In this document: in pieces, positions 52,501 through 55,643 of the stretch
Layout of the letters: each line of letters begins with the position of its first letter
How positions within the stretch are numbered: the stretch's first letter is position 1
DNA from: a virus
Taxonomy: Duplodnaviria; Caudoviricetes
Virus record (IMG/VR): IMGVR_UViG_3300030372_005607
Location: 1 to 55,643 of that record
Reading direction: 5' to 3' (one strand)
Length of the DNA stretch: 55,643 nucleotides
Program-made: the position numbers and the translations under genes
Notes under the pieces: generated by a model
What the model saw: the letters and a program-made list of their open reading frames with translations, nothing else
What the model was told of the DNA's origin: nothing
The model's database searches: none

Positions 52501-55500
52501 CTGAATTGTTTGACGATAAGACGACGTTCCTGCAATGGGCAGAAACCGTCTATGGAGAAACAGAAAGAGCCAAAAGCCTTAAGTTAAGGAAAAATCCCGA
52601 TGAATATTGGGATTACATTACAGAGGAAGCTGTTGCAGAGCTTCATTCTGCCTATAAGAATAACCCCGAAGTTTTTGAGCAGGTCTCAGGAGAGACCAAG
52701 AGCCTCCTTGACAGGTTCAAGGGATTCCTTGAGCGAGTCTATAACTCAATTACAGGTATAGGATACAAGGACGCATCTAGTGTTTTCGCTGATATAGGCA
52801 AGGGGACCATAGGTGCAAGGAAGCGTGGCGAGATAAGAACTATTAAACCGGGTCAGAAATACGGGACAGTTCAGTCGCTCACGCAGCCAGAGACAGTCAC
52901 AGGTGTAAGGGCCTCTGATACCCAGGAAACGAGGGGCGGTTCTCCGATTAACTTAGAAACGGAAACTGAAAAGAAATCCTTAAGGGCCATACCTCGCAAA
53001 TTCAACTCAAGCGTTCAGATAAATGGTGACTGGTCAGAGCTTATCCTTAGCGGTCAGAAAACCGTAGAGACATCTGGCCAGTCAATGGTTAAAAATGGGG
53101 GCGCTCCTGGGTGGGTTTTGCTTAGGGATGAAAGCGGCAATGCATCGGGTGCTGCAAAATTTGGAAGGCGATTTGAATACAAGTCGAAGGAAGACTTCGA
53201 TAAAGATTTTGACAGGCACAAGGTTCCGGTTTCTAGCAGCTTTTCTTTTGGTAAAAGAAACAAAACATACGGATACCCAGTAGAGGAGTTCGTTAGGTTT
53301 GAGCAGCCTGTTCAAGTTAAAACTCCCGCTGGTCAAAACAGAAAGAAAAACCTTACCTCTCCCGTTGTCCCCTTGCTTTCTGCCGAAGCCGAGGTGCTTA
53401 TACCTCCCAATGTAATAAAGAACCTAGAGGAAGTTCGGGAAGGAACAACGGAGAGCGAGCCCTACTTTGTCCAGAGGGTCAATTCCGGACCAGAATCAAA
53501 CTTGGATATTAGGCCCGAGATTTCAAACAGGCAAGAACTTAAGCAGAGATCAATCGACATAGCCAATGATGTTATAGAGCCAGTTAAGTTTTCATTGTTT
53601 GACCGCAAGAACCTTAACCCAGAAAATAAAAGATCTGCTGGCACAAGTTCATACGAAGAGTCTAAAGCCAGGGTGGTTCCCGCTTCGGAAAACCTAACCT
53701 TCTTTGAGCGATTTATGAAAGTCTTGGAGGAAAGGGGCTTTTCATATTTTCGTCAGAAATTCATAGACAAGTACGACGCAATAAACAAGTTGTCTAAAAA
53801 GGCCGGGGAAAAGCGAAGGTTGTCTGGAGATGACCAGATGCTTTTGGCGAACGTAAGTGCTGCATCTGCCGCCTACATGTCCGACAGTGTCCAGGGTGTT
53901 GTGTCCGAATCAATCACATCTGGACAGCCGGTTTACAGTGGCGGAATAGTGCGTGTCGATTACGAAAAGCCAGGGCTTTTTGAGATACTAAAAGATGTAT
54001 ACCAGCAGGGATACATACAGGATTTTCATTTCTGGCTTCTATCACGAAGGTCTTCGAGAATTGACAAGGATACTGGAAAATTAGTTCCCGTTAGTCCCGA
54101 GCAGATTGCTGAAGTCGAATCTTTCCTTCAGGCTCGTCCTGAGCTTAAGGATCTTTTTGAGAGAACAAATGAGCAATACCAACAATGGAACGAAAACTTA
54201 GTAGACTTTTTGAGGGACACGGGTGTCGTTGACGAAGGCCTCGGTGAGGTCTTTAAGTCTTACGGAGATTACGTTCCGTTTTACAGGCAATACGAGGGCG
54301 AAGCCCACGAAGAACAATCTAGGGCTTTGAGTGAGCTTGTTGGTCAAAGCGTAGAGGAGTTGCAGAATACAATTGATCCACAAACGGGTAGGCCGATAGT
54401 TGGAAGGGGACCTGTTTCAGTTGACGCCGCAACTCCCAGCTCTTTGTTTGGCTCTCTTGTAGGGGTCAGGCCTCCCAAGAGATTAAAGGGCGGCGACTCA
54501 ATGGTTGTTCCCATGCTTGAAGGGGTAATGAAAAACCTTCAAGCCGCAATCTCCTCTGGTTCCAAGAACGTCGCTGCCCAAAGGACCATGAGGGACGCTG
54601 TTCTTGTTGGAGATGCAAGGAAGATAGACAAGAAATCCGACGCCGAATACATATCTGACGTAGTAACTATACGGGTCAATGGTCGTGATGAGTTTTACGA
54701 AGTGAACGATATGCTTCTTTACGACTCGATTAGCGGGATGATGGAAGGAAAGATCCCGTACATGAGTTTCTTTTCTGGTCCGTCCAATCTCCTTAGGGAA
54801 CTTGTAACAAGGTCACCTGACTTTATTTTTGCAAACCTTCTCAGGGACAGTATTTCCACATGGACAACTAGTGGTTCAAACATGACTCCGCTCGTTGGAA
54901 CAATGAAGAACTTCTTCAAGGGCGGCATTTCCATGAGTGGAAATGTAGATCCATCCTTGCGAGCACTCACAGGTTCCGGAGTCGTTGGTGGCTATGACAA
55001 CTCTAGGTACCCAAAAGATCTCCAAAAATCTTTTGATAAGAGGATGCGGGAAGAGGGGCTTACTGTATCTGGCAAAAAGCGAGGGCTAAGGGACAACTCG
55101 CTGTTTAACAGCATGAACAAAATATGGGATTGGTCGGGAGATGTTACAACTAAGTCTGATGCTGCAACTCGTATTGCGGTTTATGAAGACGTTTATAAGA
55201 ATTTATTAAACAAAGGTCACAGCCAAGAAGAGGCCGAGGCGGAAGCAATATTCCAAGCAAAGGAAGTTATCAACTTTTCAAGAAGGGGTAACTCCACACT
55301 TGCCAGGATTGTTACAACTGCAATTCCGTTCCTTAACGCTAGGGTCCAGGGGCTTGATGTTCTGTGGCGTGCGGCCAGGGGCCAGTACGCTTCTGATTAT
55401 TCAAAGATTGGACAAAAGAATTCTGTAAAATCGTTCTTATTCAGGGGTGGCCTACTAGCCACACTGACTGGGATGTACGCGCTTGCTGCCCACGACGAAG

Positions 55501-55643
55501 AAGAATGGAAAGCCGCGAGTCCGGCAGAGCAAGACGATAACTGGATATTCCCGGGTATCGGAAGCTTACCGGGATTTAAGATTCCTATTCCATTTGAGAT
55601 AGGAATTATATTTAAGGTTATTCCAGAAAGAATAATGAGGGCC
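49593..55643 (+). CDS. Giant polyvalent/ejection protein (~2,266 aa including 1-828): zincin MPTase, ASCH-like and LPD38-like domains
   Basis: ATG 49593; same frame at every point I checked (HEVIH 52386, LILSGQKTVET ~53040, junction 55566). Its absence from the ORF track is consistent with no stop before the window end; I did not read every codon. Confidence 0.88.
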   Translation, partial: MSFAWNDESPNVVVFPDGTSYELQAGISAEEAHRYFESIGAYESHGKSVSGEDDAEERSGFVPGIFSSIENIKGTFGSALPFTAAGLPITGTEEQRLEYLKKGQEISSKSREAQMEELPDPASVESIKEAYDDGGAWDALSETWDFAKESVGQQVPIFGGLMAAQKVGASKLVSNSLIGRAGTALLARAVPAAVAPYVAASFTNPWTGAAAALALSAAFAYSSMLRDNAETAEDLEDIKVLRAATAAAPHAAMEYLGFAMTGAFGPIKQKLAAKTLKDTLAGASTSAGREAWKASGKQVAKSLTEFPTELAQTVIERAQAGESISLDDADFVMEMINVAAATAPVVGVFGGYGGYRSYKNEKATGQEFEKKTKLEKAHRNAVSEARRLKIEEQEANARRIADEATARYESAVGAERAMDERIVQEVEKLAERTPVEYEDILEALDSRGVTPDNVFNSGVAAFIFRNTDGNVKSLDQLKDSPALSQKERDQRAKYRRRVYSILSGMGSFEYVGADKDSSLTFSEYTSEQFDKVIKATRKFKGKGRNTKINRDNIRKILGFGNSGIENRIAGAIKRDLKLDGYSQRVNNVDVGRNPGHTEAQYREIMDLARSNGRLTQEIYEQVTNNYGREPYSQFVEDALVRGGLDPAEAENNVYVPMRAEKGIGFIDVQIDPDATGFFIRDEDGKIVGGASTKSMANDVLRVLKHRSRSYTVKRNGQTYKTFKSKGWADQVVSKESQMNPEDSFEVVSNPVAKLEIDKTKSPGFRVVEQFRDEDGNPKDTYEDSFSPTIEIAEERKVEREREYSVGESSWDRRSDKRREQAMQDLLYGPKERGYWMPGVPYVKPVLEDYAPAEPVLSEEETRIVEAIDSQLEAIGITDFKGKVEKSIAAGENTDALGQINLLYRTISVALDKVSGADTDAELDSAVASVVDHEVIHAMRELDLFEDSEWLALTRSIARIRIPDSVRNQNPELFDDKTTFLQWAETVYGETERAKSLKLRKNPDEYWDYITEEAVAELHSAYKNNPEVFEQVSGETKSLLDRFKGFLERVYNSITGIGYKDASSVFADIGKGTIGARKRGEIRTIKPGQKYGTVQSLTQPETVTGVRASDTQETRGGSPINLETETEKKSLRAIPRKFNSSVQINGDWSELILSGQKTVETSGQSMVKNGGAPGWVLLRDESGNASGAAKFGRRFEYKSKEDFDKDFDRHKVPVSSSFSFGKRNKTYGYPVEEFVRFEQPVQVKTPAGQNRKKNLTSPVVPLLSAEAEVLIPPNVIKNLEEVREGTTESEPYFVQRVNSGPESNLDIRPEISNRQELKQRSIDIANDVIEPVKFSLFDRKNLNPENKRSAGTSSYEESKARVVPASENLTFFERFMKVLEERGFSYFRQKFIDKYDAINKLSKKAGEKRRLSGDDQMLLANVSAASAAYMSDSVQGVVSESITSGQPVYSGGIVRVDYEKPGLFEILKDVYQQGYIQDFHFWLLSRRSSRIDKDTGKLVPVSPEQIAEVESFLQARPELKDLFERTNEQYQQWNENLVDFLRDTGVVDEGLGEVFKSYGDYVPFYRQYEGEAHEEQSRALSELVGQSVEELQNTIDPQTGRPIVGRGPVSVDAATPSSLFGSLVGVRPPKRLKGGDSMVVPMLEGVMKNLQAAISSGSKNVAAQRTMRDAVLVGDARKIDKKSDAEYISDVVTIRVNGRDEFYEVNDMLLYDSISGMMEGKIPYMSFFSGPSNLLRELVTRSPDFIFANLLRDSISTWTTSGSNMTPLVGTMKNFFKGGISMSGNVDPSLRALTGSGVVGGYDNSRYPKDLQKSFDKRMREEGLTVSGKKRGLRDNSLFNSMNKIWDWSGDVTTKSDAATRIAVYEDVYKNLLNKGHSQEEAEAEAIFQAKEVINFSRRGNSTLARIVTTAIPFLNARVQGLDVLWRAARGQYASDYSKIGQKNSVKSFLFRGGLLATLTGMYALAAHDEEEWKAASPAEQDDNWIFPGIGSLPGFKIPIPFEIGIIFKVIPERIMRA
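55566..55643. repeat. Terminal direct repeat, right copy
   Basis: Identical to 1-78. Confidence 0.97.

Noticed and set aside
49630-54970. Short ORFs listed across an apparent 6-kb gap, or alternative genetic code
   Set aside because: The region is one long frame lacking a stop inside the window; TAA, TAG and TGA all end normal genes elsewhere

Overview
The window is a complete, circularly assembled tailed dsDNA phage genome. Bases 1-78 are identical to 55566-55643, so the unique length is 55,565 bp. The virion module is podovirus-like: P22-type portal, gp10-like nozzle, ejection proteins and no tape measure. Spanins point to a Gram-negative host, and a PEP-CTERM gene suggests one with an exosortase. 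Layout: lysis cassette (0.8-1.7 kb); phosphoesterase and peptidase genes; a minus-strand recombination block; RusA and a gp4/Twinkle-type primase-helicase; a long minus-strand early region (9.9-19.3 kb) with a GHKL-zincin fusion, DUF932, GP88-like and many small genes plus an oppositely oriented tRNA-Ile(UAU); terS; an accessory island; terL; and a ~34 kb structural operon ending in a ~2,266-aa polyvalent protein that crosses the contig junction. I recognised no DNA polymerase, integrase, reverse transcriptase or CRISPR array. Best leads: (1) an unannotated ~80-nt sRNA with its own promoter and terminator, whose anti-Shine-Dalgarno segment is complementary to the RBS of six phage early/recombination genes; (2) two related TAGGTACCTA-palindrome elements, one enclosing a multi-hairpin structure; (3) a phage-encoded PEP-CTERM protein; (4) 5-gene and 3-gene tandem arrays of diverged virion paralogs; (5) an aromatic-x-x-GG-x-[VI] motif shared by ejection proteins and a pesticin-type lysozyme; (6) a probable CUG start for terL. 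All calls come from reading motifs by eye; no searches or folding programs were run.
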